DNA from: Octopus vulgaris
Lineage: Eukaryota
Assembly: GCA_951406725.2 (NCBI GenBank)
Contig: OX597815.1
Location: forward strand, 41,292,001 to 41,356,000
Reading direction: 5' to 3'
DNA length: 64,000 nucleotides
The translations under genes and the position numbers were made by a program. How positions within the stretch are numbered: the first letter of the stretch is position 1; each line of letters begins with the position of its first letter. The notes under the pieces are model-generated. The model saw only the letters and a list, made by a program, of their open reading frames with translations, was not told where the DNA came from and made no database searches. Below are positions 1 through 13,626 of this stretch, one piece after another.

Positions 1-79
1 TGTTGGCTACAAATGTTATAAAACAGGAAAGGGACATTACCAAAAGTATTGAAAGGTAAAAGCTTTGAAGCTAAGTTAC

Positions 80-311
80 CTAATATATTTCGAGTTGCAT
101 CACTTTCATCATTGTCAGAATCAGAAAGTTCCATATCAATTGCTTCTGTGTTATCTTGTTGTGTATCTACGTCTGCTGGTGGAGTACTACTAGGTGATGG
201 AGCATCAGGTGTAGGTGAAGGCAGAGGACTAGCTGGATCTGGTAATGACAACTTCAGTTCATCGAGTTTCTTTTTCACAATTGCAACTCTAGAACCAAAG
301 TTTTTATATGC
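80..311 (-). CDS. RPRD2: RPRD2 coding exon (about exon 8): AYKNFGSRVAIVKKKLDELKLSLPDPASPLPSPTPDAPSPSSTPPADVDTQQDNTEAIDMELSDSDNDESDATRNIL; 3' boundary at 80 or 41
   Basis: Acceptor tttttacttag at 312-313, phase 0. Conserved AYKxFxxRV..KKKLD.LK..LPDP..SP.PSP..DAPSP and DMELSD motifs. Two in-frame phase-1 donors, after 80 and after 41. Confidence 0.92.
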
Positions 312-1576
312 CTAAGTAAAAAAAAAAAGGAAAGAGAGAATATTTAATTCGCCAGAATAAAATAGATACACAAATAACTGAGTTTGATCTTAAGAAACCA
401 TAAATTTAAAAATACCAACACAATGAGATTAAGATAAACATAAGCACCCCCATACATACACACTATTTTATTGGTTTTAACCATTTGGTTATGGCTGGGG
501 ACACCACCCACACACACACACTCTCCCACTCTTCAGAACCAACCCAATCCAACCTTTGCAAGTCACAAAACCCACTTATCAATTCAACATCTCCACAATT
601 TATCCTACATCAACATATCATCAATTAACCACATTTGTAAATCTCAATGTTTAAGATAGCTAGTTCATTGAACCTCTGCCAACTCTATGCTCACTACTTA
701 TGATAACATGACTGCATGTCACTCTTAACCATTTAGATTTCATACACATTCTTATTCACCTGGTCAATTAATACAAACACTTAGAATAATAGACAATGGA
801 AAGAAAAAAAAAAGAAAAAAGTCAACATATATTTCATACTTTTTAATAATGAACAACAAATGTTAGCAGTATTTTCAATCAAGTGACTGATTAATATTAT
901 TATTATTATTATTCTAGTAAAGCTAAATCAAAATAAAAACTATGAGTGACAAAACCAACAAGTCAAGGAACTCAGTTTTTAAAAATTGTACAAAAATAAA
1001 CTAAATACACAGATGTCCAAATACTTTTTCTCACTTGTATAATTTTATTTGTCAAATTCATCACTGTCATTTTATTAAACAATCTGCCAGTTACTTATAA
1101 ACTCTAAGAATACATGTATCTAGAGGTGACAATCCAATTATCACTAGATACTGCTTCTTAATAAATACTCTATTAATCAGTCCATATTTTTGTCTCAAGA
1201 TTTGTTCCAATAACTTTCAATGTCTATGCTGGTACATACAAACATTCACCACATATACATTCTAAACAATCTGTTCACTTCATATTCACCAAAACCCAAG
1301 TCTGTGCCTTATCATTTTTATTCAGAATTGTTTCTTCCTGGAATGATATTTTTGTTTGCATTATTTCACAAACCACAAGCCTGCAATAAATGAAACTTAA
1401 CATAAACTACACTAACGCACTAAGTTCTCACTGTGCTCCAGTCGACAACATATTAAAAAGGTTACAGCTAATGTCCAGCAACAGATTACTAAGTATTTAA
1501 AAGAAAGCAAAACAAAAGGAGGAAAAAAAAACATTCAGTTTTGTAGTCTCAAGATTGTACAAAGACATGAACATAC

Positions 1577-1752
1577 ATTGGCAACTATCTTAGCCTCCCG
1601 ATACTGGTCTTCATAGAACAGTTCACTCTGCTCAAGCATGGTTATCATGGCAGTCCTATGGTCTATCTCTTTCTGTAAACTCACAACGTAGTCATCCAGT
1701 TTGTTACAGGCATCTTCAAATTGGCGTGAAAATTCTTTTCCATGTGCTCGGT
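1577..1752 (-). CDS. RPRD2: RPRD2 coding exon (about exon 7), CREPT-type coiled-coil: (D)RAHGKEFSRQFEDACNKLDDYVVSLQKEIDHRTAMITMLEQSELFYEDQYREAKIVAN
   Basis: Acceptor tttcaattgtag and donor AAT|gtatgt. 176 nt, phase 1 to 0. Lies within ORF 1535-1837. FYEDQYREAKIVAN resembles RPRD2 FYEAQYKEVKVVAN. Confidence 0.95.
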
Positions 1753-2191
1753 CTACAATTGAAAGGAAACAGAACAAAATCATGTATAATTCATCATCAT
1801 TATTTAATGTCCACTTCTTTACACTTGCATGGGTCAAACAGAATTAAGGGAGACAGATTTCCTTTGGCTGAATGTCCTCCTTGTCACCAACCCTCACCTA
1901 TTTCCAAGCAAGATAATATTTTCCAACGGCTAGATATGTTTTCCATTGATGACCAGAAACGAACAACCTCACTCATATGACAATGCTTATTTACAATTAT
2001 TCCATGAAGTCTAGACAAAGGCATTCATATATACACACACACACATGCACAAATATATGACAAGCTTCTTTCAGCTTTTATCTACCAAACCCACTCACAA
2101 GATGTTGGTTGTTCTGGGGGTACAGTAGAAGACACTTGGTTACGGTGTCACACAGTAGGATTGAACCTGATCAGGAAGCAAACTTTATGCC

Positions 2192-3285
2192 TCTCTCTCT
2201 CTATATATATATAAAATTCACTGTGTGTGTGTGTTTTTTCTTCTATGCATGGCAAAACTACTGGATCAATCTGCATCAAATTCGGCATGAAGGATTTTCA
2301 CTATTCGGCGAAGGTTCTAGGGAGGGTAAAATTTTGAGCCTTGCCCATATAGGGAGCTACAGTGCCCCCTTATATAACCCTTCCAATTTTCTTTTTTTGC
2401 TGCGGTATAATAATTTCACTTTTATTCTTTTACTTTTCATGATATTGTTTCACTTTCCTTTCACTAATTGTTTCACTTTTATTCTTACTCTCTGCCTGTG
2501 TTTGTGTTTCCTCAATGTACAGCCAAACTGCTGGATCAATCTGTACCAAATCTGGAAACTACATCAGTTTTGTTTTTTCACTTTAAAGGTGAATGATTCT
2601 GAAAAACTGTAATTGCCATAATAAAACAAGAGGTTTAAAGAAAAACAAACAGTAAGGTTTCTAAATAACAAAAGGTCTTGATACAGACACGTGCTTATAC
2701 ACTGTAGGATATCTTTCAATTTATACTCTTTTACTTGTTTCAGTCATTTTACTGCGGCCATGCTGGAGCACTGCCTTTAGTTGAGCAAATCAACCCCAGG
2801 ACTTATTCTTTGTAAGCCTAGTACTTATTCTATTGGTCTCTTTTGCCGAACCGCTAAGTTATGGGGACACAAACACACCACTATCGGTTGTCAAGTGATG
2901 TTGGGGGGACAAACACAGGCACAAACATATACACACACATATATATGACAGGTGTCTTTCAGTTTCCATCTACCAAATCCACTCACAAGGCTTTGGTCAG
3001 CCCGAGGCTATAGTAGAAGATACTTGCCCAAGATATTGACATGAGTTATTCAAATAACTGTTTGTAGAATGGACCTAATAAAATTAGCTAGAGTACACTT
3101 GATATTTCATATTTAAATACGATGTGACTATTTCTACTTGGATATTGGTCCTACCTCAGATTTGAAATCAAATCTACAATTTTCCCCTAGCCATATGGCC
3201 TATTGTTATGCACGGCCAAACCACTGGATCAATCTGTACCAAATATTTGGCTTGAAGGTTTTTCATTACTTGGGGAAGGTTCTAG
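2192..3285 (+). mobile_element. Composite non-autonomous Helitron-like element with a nested SINE
   Basis: 5' TCTATATATATAAA start. The internal motif ctggatcaatctgyaycaaa occurs three times (about 2261, 2531, 3224). Boundaries approximate. Confidence 0.5.
2722..3032 (-). mobile_element. tRNA-derived SINE, family A (5'-truncated)
   Basis: Reverse complement of the family A copy at 35198-35590. Confidence 0.85.
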
Positions 3286-3311
3286 TATACATACATATAT
3301 ATATATATGTA

Positions 3312-3984
3312 CTAGCAGCTAAGCTCGGTTTCACCCGGACGGTTTAGATGATGTAGCTTTAAAACCTGCTCTGTGTAAGCATTCAACTACTTTGGGCACG
3401 CTTACATTAAAAAACAATTTTAGAATGAGTTTTTTCTGTCAAAACGCTAAAAATAACTAACCAATAAAAAAAAACAAATCATGATTCAACAAAATCAAAA
3501 AATAAACCCAAATACTAAGCGAACAAAGATGAACCATCCTATGTATATTGTGTGCGCACATGCACACATTCACATACACACATATATTCACACAGAGTTG
3601 AAATGATGTTTGCTTTATTTTTTCAGCATACAATTTTCATCATCCCACTACCAAGTATGACATCACCCCTTCCTTCATCATTCATAAACACAAGAATATT
3701 ATTACAGATTATTTCGGTAACCATGAGAGTATGAAAAAAAATATGAAATCACCCCTTCCTTCCTTATTCATCTATCACCCTTTCCTTTCTCATTCATAAA
3801 CACAAGAGTATTATTATAGTAGATTATCTTGGTAACCATGAGAGCTATGAAAAAATACAAAGCGTAGCATCACCACCAGATCATTCTACACATCTGTGTA
3901 ATTTTTTGCACAATTCCACGCAGCTGTTTGACCGTGAATCCCAAGACAAGAAAGAATCGCCCATGTCAAATTTATATGTATAGA
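3312..3984 (-). mobile_element. Non-autonomous Helitron
   Basis: On the minus strand it starts TCTATACATATAAA and ends with the hairpin CCGGGTGAAACCGAG followed by CTAG. Inserted between host A and T. Confidence 0.75.
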
Positions 3985-4574
3985 TATATCTCACAAGATG
4001 GTCTGAAATCAGTAAGACTTATTCAAGATATGCTTAATATTCAAAATATGGGCAATTTTAAAACAGTAAATTTTAAGTGAGACTATGATAAACATTGCTT
4101 ATCATATAATGAACAAGTTTTCAATATTAATGTTAAACTCAATAATTTGATCATTATTTTAGATTTTGTTTTATAAACATTCTTAGAAGACAATTAGATT
4201 GATATGTATAACATGTAGAAAGAAAAATGTACTAGACAAATTTTTGGTATGAGTAAGACACTGACTAAAAAATAAAACAAAAATATCAGATAAAAAATAA
4301 GCTGTTAGTCTTTAAACATCTTAAATGTGTAAGCTTTATGTTCATCCATACCTTAAACAAATGTCTAAATATATTCTAACAAATAAACAAAATAAAATTA
4401 CATTCCATACTTTATAGTCAACTAAATGGATTAAATTCAGTAACCAAACCAATTAAGCATATATATATATATATATACTGATAAACTTCCATTGATTCAA
4501 GATGATAACACAAAATTCAATATGCTGTTCTTATGATTTTGAACAATTATTTAGTTCTAATAATATTCCTGGTT

Positions 4575-5825
4575 TGACAACTGCAGGAGAAATACCTAGC
4601 TAAAGATAAACCCCTATACTTAGCTTTTGTGGACTTAGAGAAAGCCTTTGACAGGGTCCCCTGATCCCTTATCTGTTGGGCTATGTGGAAACTGGAGATT
4701 GACTAATGGTTAATAAGAGCTGTACAGGCCCTTTACAGAGAGGCTGTTAGTAAGGTTAGGATTGGCAATGAGTATAGTGAAGAATTCCAGGTAGAAGTAG
4801 GGTCCACCAAGGTTCAGCCCTCAGTCCCCTTTTATTATAACAGAGGAATTAAAGACGGGTTTCCCCAGGGAGCTCCTCTATGCTGATGACCTGGCCCTCA
4901 TAGCAGAATCACTACCAGAACAAGAAAAGAAATTTCATGTGTGAAGCTAGGTTTGGAATCAAAAGGCCTTAGAGTCAATGTAGCAAAGACCAAAGTTCTA
5001 GTGAGTAGGAAGGCAAACTCATCACAAACCCCCTTAGGTAGGAAGCCCTGCTCAATTTGTAGAAAAGGTGTAGGTAGACACTCCATAAGATGTACCCTGT
5101 GTAAGCTATGGACACATAATAGGTGCAGCAACATCAAAGGAAAATTAACTGAGAAGATAGCTTTCATGTGCGGCAGATGCACAAGGGCAATAGACACCAC
5201 AGATACTCAGAAAACAGATTCCATCACACTCCAGGGGGAGAAACTAGAAGTAGTTGATAGCTTCCGCTACCTAGGTGACCAAGTTAGTAGTGGGGGTGGA
5301 TGCTCAGAGAATGTTACCACTAGAATAAGAATAGCCTGGGCAAAGTTTAGAAAGCTTCTTCCCCTACTGGCGACAAAGGATCTCTCGCTCAGAGTGAAAG
5401 GTAGATTGTACAACACATGTGTGCGAACTGCCATACTTCACAGTAGTGAAACATGTGGAGGATATGCGTAGGCTCGAAAGAAATGAAGCTAGCATGATCC
5501 GCTGGATGTGTAATGTCGTGTGCATGCATGACAGAGTGTAAGTGCCTTGAGAGAAATCTTGGACATAAGAAGCATCGGATGTGGCATGCAGGAGAGACGT
5601 TTGCATTGGTATGGTCATGTACTATGGATGGATGAGGAGAGATGTGTGAAGAAGTGCCACTCCCAAACAGTTGAAGGAATCCAGGGTAGGGGTAGACCCA
5701 AGAAGACATGGGATAAGGTGGTCAAGCATGACTTTCGAATGTTGGGCCTCACAGAGGCAATGATGAAAGACCGATACCTCTGGAGATATGCTGTGACTGC
5801 GAAGGCCCGACAAATGAAGTGAGTT
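4575..5825 (+). mobile_element. 5'-truncated RTE-clade LINE; reverse transcriptase pseudogene
   Basis: Motifs YLAFVDLEKAFDRVP*, HQGSALSP, LLYADDL, a Cys-rich insert CSICRKGVG..C..C..W.H..C, FRYLGD, RRLHWYGHV and RGRPKKTW. Contains stops and frameshifts. Confidence 0.93.
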
Positions 5826-7184
5826 TTACTAGATCTAAGTTCAGGTGTTTCTGGAGATGATATTAAAGCAAGTTGACAACACAACACAGAGTTACATGTA
5901 GATACTGATACAGATGTATTATAGCAAGTTGTCAGCAAAAGAGAGCTCAGTGTGAAAAAATTTATCCAAGAGTGGAAACTGATGTCCCCTCACCCACCCT
6001 ATGCATACATGTACTTTATATTTGTCCAGATTAAATGAATGCAGTGTTGAATTTAGAATAGTGTTCCAGTAGAGTGGGGTAGAAGCATTCTTAAATTACC
6101 AAATGTGTTCAAGCTTAAGTCTTGAGTTCAAGGATGTAAATCATGAGAGAAACTAACAATGCAGCCTTATAACTACCACTTCTAATTAAATCTAAATATG
6201 AATGAATGAATTATGTTTAGGCTTTACCAATGCAGATCTACAGCACAGAGGTAACATATTCAGTGTCTAAGAACAACTCACATATCATATTTAATCCAGT
6301 TATGACATTATAACGTGTGTCATACAGTAGTTGGCTATATGTAACATGGTATGGAAGTCAGGGCAAGTTGTATCTATTTCTTTTTCTTTGACTGAAGACA
6401 AAAGAAGAAAAACAGTCCAGATGAACTTTGCTTATATGTTTATCCTCATTTTTTAGGATTGAACAGAGATGTTCAGTAATCCAGTATAAATTGGCAGTGC
6501 AGTTATTTTAGTAATATTTTGTGTTTATTAGGTTAGAGAAAGAAAGAATAGTTTACATGTTGTTGCAATGTCCCTAGACATTTGTGAATACTTTACATGT
6601 AGCTGCTAGGGTTGTGTGGACTGTAGCAGACAACAGCCCAGGAATGCATCTCTCATTTGTCTAAGTAGTTTTGTCTTGACATATTTTTAATAGTTTAGTC
6701 AGAAAAGGAAGAGGATGGCTCACACACCTTTTTCAGAGCCTTCAATACTAACAGGAGGTGAAGAGAAAGTTATCTTCAGACAAGAGATCTGCTTCAAATG
6801 CTTGCAACAGAGTCAATCTGATAAAGATACCCAAAGATTAGGTGGCCTTGTTAAACTGGGAAATAAAAAGTCAATCACCCAACAACAGGAACAGCCCTTT
6901 AGATAGGCTTTTCATGTTCCCATGTATCCATATTTCATCCACAAGGTTTTAACTAACTAGAAGCTATGGTAGAAAACATTTATCCAAGGTATCATGTTGA
7001 GAGTGGAGGTGTATGGTTAGGGTATCAGCTCATAATTATAAGATTGAGGTTTTGATTCCTGGACCAAGCAATGCATTGTATTCTTGAACAAAACACTTCA
7101 TTTCATGTTGCTCCAGTCCACTAAACTGGCAACAAGGAGTAATCTTGCAACAGACTGGTATCCCATCCATGGAGGAGTATATAT

Positions 7185-7392
7185 ATTTCTTTACTACCCA
7201 CAAGGGGCTAAACACAGGGGACAAACAAGAATTAAGTCTATTACATTGACCTCAGTGCCTAACTGGTCCTTAATTTATCGACCCCAAAAGGATGAAAGGC
7301 AAAGTCGACCTTGGCGGAATTTAAACCCAGAACGTAACGAAATACGGCTACGCATTTCACCCGGTGAGCTAACATTTCTGCCAGCTCGCCAT
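7185..7392 (-). mobile_element. SINE family B nested in a family C SINE (about 7000-7450)
   Basis: Minus strand reads ggcgagctggcagaa...gtcgactttgcctttcatccttttggggtcgataaa. Related copies at 9065-9235, 12155-12357 and 43370-43580 (-), and 58720-59140 (+, two copies). Confidence 0.8.
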
Positions 7393-8007
7393 GCCAGAGA
7401 AACAGGGAAACCAGCCCTACACTCCTTATGAAGTAATGTGGGCGAACCATTATCTTCTGGAATTGAACCAAAAATCATTGTTAAGTACACTTCTTAACTA
7501 GATAGCCATAGTTGTCTCCATAAATGCAGGTGTTTGAAGGATATTGTGTGAACAGCATATATTGAAAACAATAACAGTGAAGAAGTTTCCTGCAATAACT
7601 CAATTCATTGAATATAGTGGCCAAATACCCTCAAACATCTCCAAATAAAGAGCATAAGCAACAAGATCCAAGACTTATGCAAGTATGCACATAAAAAAGA
7701 CAAGATAATGATTCCAAGAACACTGATTAAAAATTTTTTTCCAACACTTCAGTAGTTAGAATTTCTGTTCAATATTAAGTTTGAGACAAAAATTAAAATT
7801 ACAAGTTTCAAAATGTATGTAAAGGAGTCAATCCACCAAGTATATATGATTTTTTATGTCCATATAGCATCAGTACAGTTTTATGGCACATAAACTATCT
7901 ACACAGACAGAGATAGACAGACACACATAGACTCAATACATGTGTGAGTAAAGGCAGGTGTCTCCTGCAGTGGTAAATGGAAATTGTACAAAGCCTGTCA
8001 AATAAAT

Positions 8008-8039
<32 letters not shown>

Positions 8040-9457
8040 CTCTCTCTGTGTGTAATTATACTGACAGCTTGATCAGCAGTGATATTTGTTTACATCTATT
8101 ATAAACAATATGTCTTACAACTTGGTTGTGGACATAAAGGGCAAAGAAAGAAAGTACCACACTTTAAAAACAAGGGTTGCATCAGGAAGGATATCTGACC
8201 ACAATGGTCTCCTCCAATTCATTACAGCTTGGAAAATGTGAACATATGTGTGTGTATTGTATGTATATATGCATATTTATGAGCGTGTGTATATTTATCA
8301 TCATTATTTCATATATATTTTTTTCATTTTTAACCATCAATGATTGATATACTTTAACCGTTTAACATTTAAACTGGCCATATCCAGCCAAAATAATCTA
8401 CTTGTTTTATTTTCAAACTGGCCCACACCACTTAGCCTACAAGGTTATTCTAAAAATAAACAATCACATCATTGAAATCTCAGAGCTACAAGGTAATGCA
8501 TGACTAATTCAAATCAATGTGAAGAAATAAGAATTACATTTGACTGAGAAATCTGAATGCTAAAGAGCCAAGTTTAAAGATTCTCCAAATTATTATAATG
8601 AGATAAATAGAAGTGAACATTCACAATATTTGCCTTAGTTTTCTGTAGGACACTAAGATGAACTTACTGAGCAGTAGTAGTATTAAATTAAACAGAAATG
8701 AATATTCTATAATCCTAAAAGCAAAATGCAACTTTCTTTTTTTTCTCATTCTACAAATATTTGATAGAGGGTGGGTATTTGTCAGTATTTTCTTTTGAAG
8801 AATTATTTATTCCTGAAGGTATATAAGTTCCCAAGCAGAGATCTCTGAAAATCTGATAAATTGAATGGCTATATATAAACATTCTGTCTAATAATTTATA
8901 CTTAGGTTTTTAAAACAGTAATGAAACAATACTTTAATTCCATTTTGAAAAGATAAATAATCAAGTGTAAACATAGATTTAATCAGAATAAATAAAAAAT
9001 ATATATCTATCTAAAACATCTTTGATAGAAATGGTCAATTATTGTTTGGACATCAGAAGTAATATGCTTCCTAATTTTGGCACAAGGCCAGCGATTTTGA
9101 CGGGAGAGTCAAGTAAATTACATCAGCCCCAATACATGACTGGTACTTTATTTTGTCAACTCCAAAAGGATGAAAGGCAAAGTTGATTACAGCATCTTGT
9201 CTGGCATGGTAATGAGTCTGCTAGATCACCACCTTAACATACATCAGAAATAATATTACTTGGCAACGACATAGCAGTTGCAATTTCCTAACAATGATAA
9301 ACTAGTGAATATTTATATCATGTTTGTTATTTCACTCTCAAAATTCCTGTGAAGCTTATTATGGTCACAAACCCATGCTAGCATGGAGAATGGACGTTAA
9401 ACGACGATGATGATGATGATGATGATCACAAACGCCCTTCATTTGCAAAATTTTATG

Positions 9458-9489
<32 letters not shown>

Positions 9490-10991
9490 CTTTAATAAGT
9501 CAAAATAGTCTTTAAATAAATACCTACATTGTTTAATGTTTCTAATATTTACTTAACACCCTTCAAACTGGATTAAACAGAAAGAAAAAAAAAAGAAAAG
9601 AATTTTTTTTTTCTGATGCCATAACTGCATTGTTTTAGACTAAACAATTATAGCTAAGGAATGTAATTTGTATTATTGATGCTAGAACTGTCTCTTTAAT
9701 CTGGTATCTTCCTTCATCTTTAAGATTACTTTTGATTTATGAAGTTTAAAAGATACCTTCTTTCTGAACAAACATTCGATGCTATAACAGGAAGACAGAA
9801 AGTTATATAAGAAAAAAATAAGAGAAAAGAAAAGAAAACAACGTCTATTGGATTTTGCTTATCCAATACTAATTTCTGAAATAACTGAATTTCATATGCA
9901 TGTGGCAGCCACATGCTGGCTAAGACTTCTACTTCCGACTGTTGGAAGACACATGCCTGACTAGTTAGTTCATAATCATGAATATGAATACAAAGAGAGG
10001 AAATTATAGTGGGTGGCTTGAAAAGAATAAAAACAAAGACTGGTGAAAAGGAGTAGGATTGGGATGTTAGTCTTTATTATAAACATTTTTAAGCAGCTTT
10101 TTCTTTTATTTATCAATATATTTTTAACAAAAAAAGTATCATGTTACAATGTGCGAAAAGATAAAGAATACAATTCTTTTTCACAGGAAAGAATATAAGA
10201 AGAAAATAAATGCTTATTATGAATTTCTGAATATATAATAATAATAAAACATATTTAACACCTCTACACTTACTGAAAACATAGCACAAACATTAAAGAC
10301 TATAATGATTTACTATACATATCATTCACAGCCTGCTGGACCATGGCAACATTTTTGTTATTAATGATGCCTGGATTTGAAAAATTGTTCCATTTATGTT
10401 TTTTTTTGTTTTTTTTTTTTTTACGAACACAGCTAAAAATAATTCTAAGAAATTTTCTTCATAGTTTATTTAAGCCAAGTAATGTTTTATCTGAGATCAG
10501 GAAAAAAAAATGCATGGGCTACTGAACAAAATAGTCTGACACATTTGAAAAACTAAAATTAACATGAAAAAAATAACATAGGTTACAATTGAGTAAGGGG
10601 CTAATGGAAGGAATTGGTAGTGGTGGTGGGGATCCAATGTTAAAGAATGTGAGAGAGAAGAGTGTTTAAGAAAAAGAGATGATAAAACAATTTTATGCAG
10701 ATAATTTAAATAAGTTACATAAGTATTTTATCATCAGATAAGCTCAGAAATAATCCTGTTACATTAGAAAGATCCATTTCATATATAAACAACCAACGAA
10801 CAAAGAGGCTTTTAGTAGCTGATAGTAGGAAATATGCTTTGTCATCAAGATGTCATCAGTAGATGGGTGAAGAACTGAACTTAAAACTGTCCTGTTTTTG
10901 TTTTATTAGCTCAAACAGTATTACTTTTACAAGGGTTGGGTTCACAACTTCCTGAGAAACAGAGGATTACAGATACAAACACAATGCTTAC

Positions 10992-11118
10992 CTTTTAGTT
11001 GTTTGACAGCTTCCAAATTGGAGACATCTAAACGTAGTGTTGATAACTGAACAAATTTTAGTTCACCCTCTGATTCCAGCTTAGTCATAGATGCAACTTT
11101 TTCAAGCATTTTTTGTGT
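10992..11118 (-). CDS. RPRD2: RPRD2 coding exon (about exon 6), coiled-coil: TQKMLEKVASMTKLESEGELKFVQLSTLRLDVSNLEAVKQLK
   Basis: Acceptor ttttttcatag and donor AAG|gtaagc. 127 nt, phase 0 to 1. QLSTLRLDV resembles RPRD2 QLSTMRVDV. Confidence 0.93.
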
Positions 11119-12774
11119 CTATGAAAAAATTTATAATAAAATATATTGGCAACAAATAAAATCTAATAAGCATTGGGAAAAAAAGGGGGGAAAATAAAAG
11201 AGAAAACAAGCCTACATTTACAAAGGTGCAATATTTGGGTGAGGTTGCTACAGTTGATGTTTATTGATATAAGTGGAAGGAAATGCTGTTCTAGAAAAGG
11301 ACAAAGCCAAGTGTGGGAAGCAAAACTACAGAAATTTAGTAGGGGAAAAGGCATGGCTGTTTAAATGCAGATGGAATATAACAAATACCGATGAGCCAAA
11401 CAGTCCTTATTTCATGGGAAAAAATAAGCTTGAACATCTATTTTAAAGAATTTTTTCAATGGATATATTCACCATCATCAATAATCTGCCTGGATAGTTA
11501 CATATTTTAAACTACTACATGAGAGAGAATTGGAATTCTATTCAACACCAACTCAGTGCAAATTATTGACTACAGGTTTGAATACATTTATGTTGGGTGC
11601 CATGTGCCATTGTAGAAGGATAAAACTGTAGACTCAAATATGAAGGTATTATTCTCATATGTGCATTGGCACTTGATTGCTCAAAAATATGTAGGGGATT
11701 GAAACAAGTTCACATTCACTTGAAATTATCAGATTCAAGCTCATTGTCTAACTGTACATACTCTCTTTCCATCTCCCATGACTATTTCAATGAACACTAC
11801 TGTTTTGGGGTTGCTGGCTTCACTCCACCCTCACTAAAACATGCTCACTAAATGCATTTCACCACCTTAAACAACATATGAGGTTCTTAACTTCAAAAAC
11901 TACCATCACATAGATTACTTGCTATATTATTCTCTGCAATGCCATGATCCACAACTTTTAATGCTATGTATCAGCACAACCAGTTTCATTTACAATATCC
12001 TAAGCTAAAGGGGCTTTAATAGTCCATGGCAAATGTTCTTCTCTGGAGTATGAAAATAAAAGGTAAGCCCAAGATATGAAGAAAAAGTATGCATATGCAG
12101 TCTATTCAAGTACACTAGTACAAAGTAACAAAAGTACAACAATGATAATAATAATCCTTCCTACTATAAGCCCAGGCTGAAAATTCAGGGGAGTAAGATA
12201 GTGGATTACATCAACTCCAGTGCGACACTGGTACTTATTTTATTGACATCAAAAGGATGAAAGGCAAAGTTAACCTTGGTGGAATTTGAACTCAACTGGA
12301 TGAAATGCCACTAAACATTTTGTCCAGTGTACTAACAATTGTCAGTTCACTGCCCTAATAATAATTTAAAATTAAATAGAAAGACACTGGACATTAAGAA
12401 CGTCCCTATGTGAAATGAATTTTAAAATAAATCAAAATTTGTTTCAAGTAGAAGTTAAAGGAATTATTGTTTCAGACAGTCATAAGAAAATGAAACAAAA
12501 TATATAATGTGATAATATACAAGATTGTACAAACAAATTTTAAATGGAAAATATTAAACGCATGAATCAAGAAAAAGGATAGCATGAAACAATCTGATAC
12601 AATGTTTAATACATTTTAGCTCTGTTCTTAACATTTAAAAGAAAATATGGTACTTTTCAGTATGGTGAGAAAAAGGAATTTGTCAAGGCTCTTGTGACAG
12701 TCGAGCAGGATGTACAGAACACAGATAAATGATTATATGACACTTAACATAAAAATCACACAATATATAGAGAT

Positions 12775-12886
12775 TTAGTACTCATCATTTAAACAGTATA
12801 TAGTTTCACACACATTCTGTGAATGCACTGTTAGTACTCATCATTTAAACAGTATATACTTTCACACACATTTTGCGAATGCACCG
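12775..12886. repeat. Tandem duplication, 2 x 56 bp
   Basis: ttagtactcatcatttaaacagtata...gaatgcactg repeated head to tail with about 4 mismatches. Confidence 0.9.
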
Positions 12887-13353
12887 TAAATATGATAGGA
12901 TATTTGAGTCTGAGCATAGACTGATTCAGAAGTGAGCTTCTTAACTATGCAGCAATGCCCGTGCCAAACATTAAAGACAACAAATATGTATGTTATATTA
13001 CTGTGGTAAAATTGTTTTTTTGTAAACATAATTATCTTCAAGATGGCTATGGTTGATAAGAGACCATGAGTGGAACCCTTCTGTAGGTGAAGACTAGCTC
13101 AGTCCTTTCTGCTCTAGTCATAGTGTACAAGCTCCAGACAAAGTGTACAAACCAAGGGGCAAAATGCTTGTAACTGAGATATCTGCTGACAATACCAAAA
13201 TGTTTCCAGTATTGCAATGGATTTAGAAGAGCTTGCAAAATCTGAGTAGCTCCTGCAATTTTTGCAAGGGGCAAAGCATCTCTGATGTTTATTTCACATG
13301 TACTAATAGTACTTAAAATTTAGTACATATGTATAACTTAAGGATTATTGATA

Positions 13354-13550
13354 TTAACCCTTTTGTTACCATATTTCTATAGAGATGCTCTGAGTTCCTT
13401 TCAATTAATTTTAAATAAAACAAAGAATTTAGTAAAATAACTTAGTTATCATTAAGCTAGTATTAAAAACACAAAAATTGTGACTGAGGTTTAGTGGAAG
13501 ATTTTAATTCAGAACTTATGAAAACAAGACATTCGTACTACAAAGGATTA
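13354..13550. mobile_element. piggyBac-like MITE
   Basis: Ends TTAACCCTTT and AAAGGATTAA, with TTAA target sites. Confidence 0.6.
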
Positions 13551-13576
13551 ACAGGAATAAACATAAGAATACTTAC

Positions 13577-13626
13577 TTTAAATTCAGCAAGTATTTGCAG
13601 ATGATTTGATTTATTCTTTTCATCAA
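13577..13626 (-). CDS. RPRD2: RPRD2 coding exon (about exon 5): (V)DEKNKSNHLQILAEFK
   Basis: Acceptor ttttattctgttttag and donor AAA|gtaagt. 50 nt, phase 1 to 0. ILAEFK resembles vertebrate RPRD2 IVAEFR (recalled, not aligned). Confidence 0.88.

Noticed and set aside
49-315. Plus-strand 88-aa Ser/Gly-rich ORF
   Set aside because: It is the antisense shadow of RPRD2 exon 8.
4941-5471. Cys-rich 176-aa ORF as a host zinc-finger gene
   Set aside because: It is embedded between RT motifs of a frameshifted RTE LINE.
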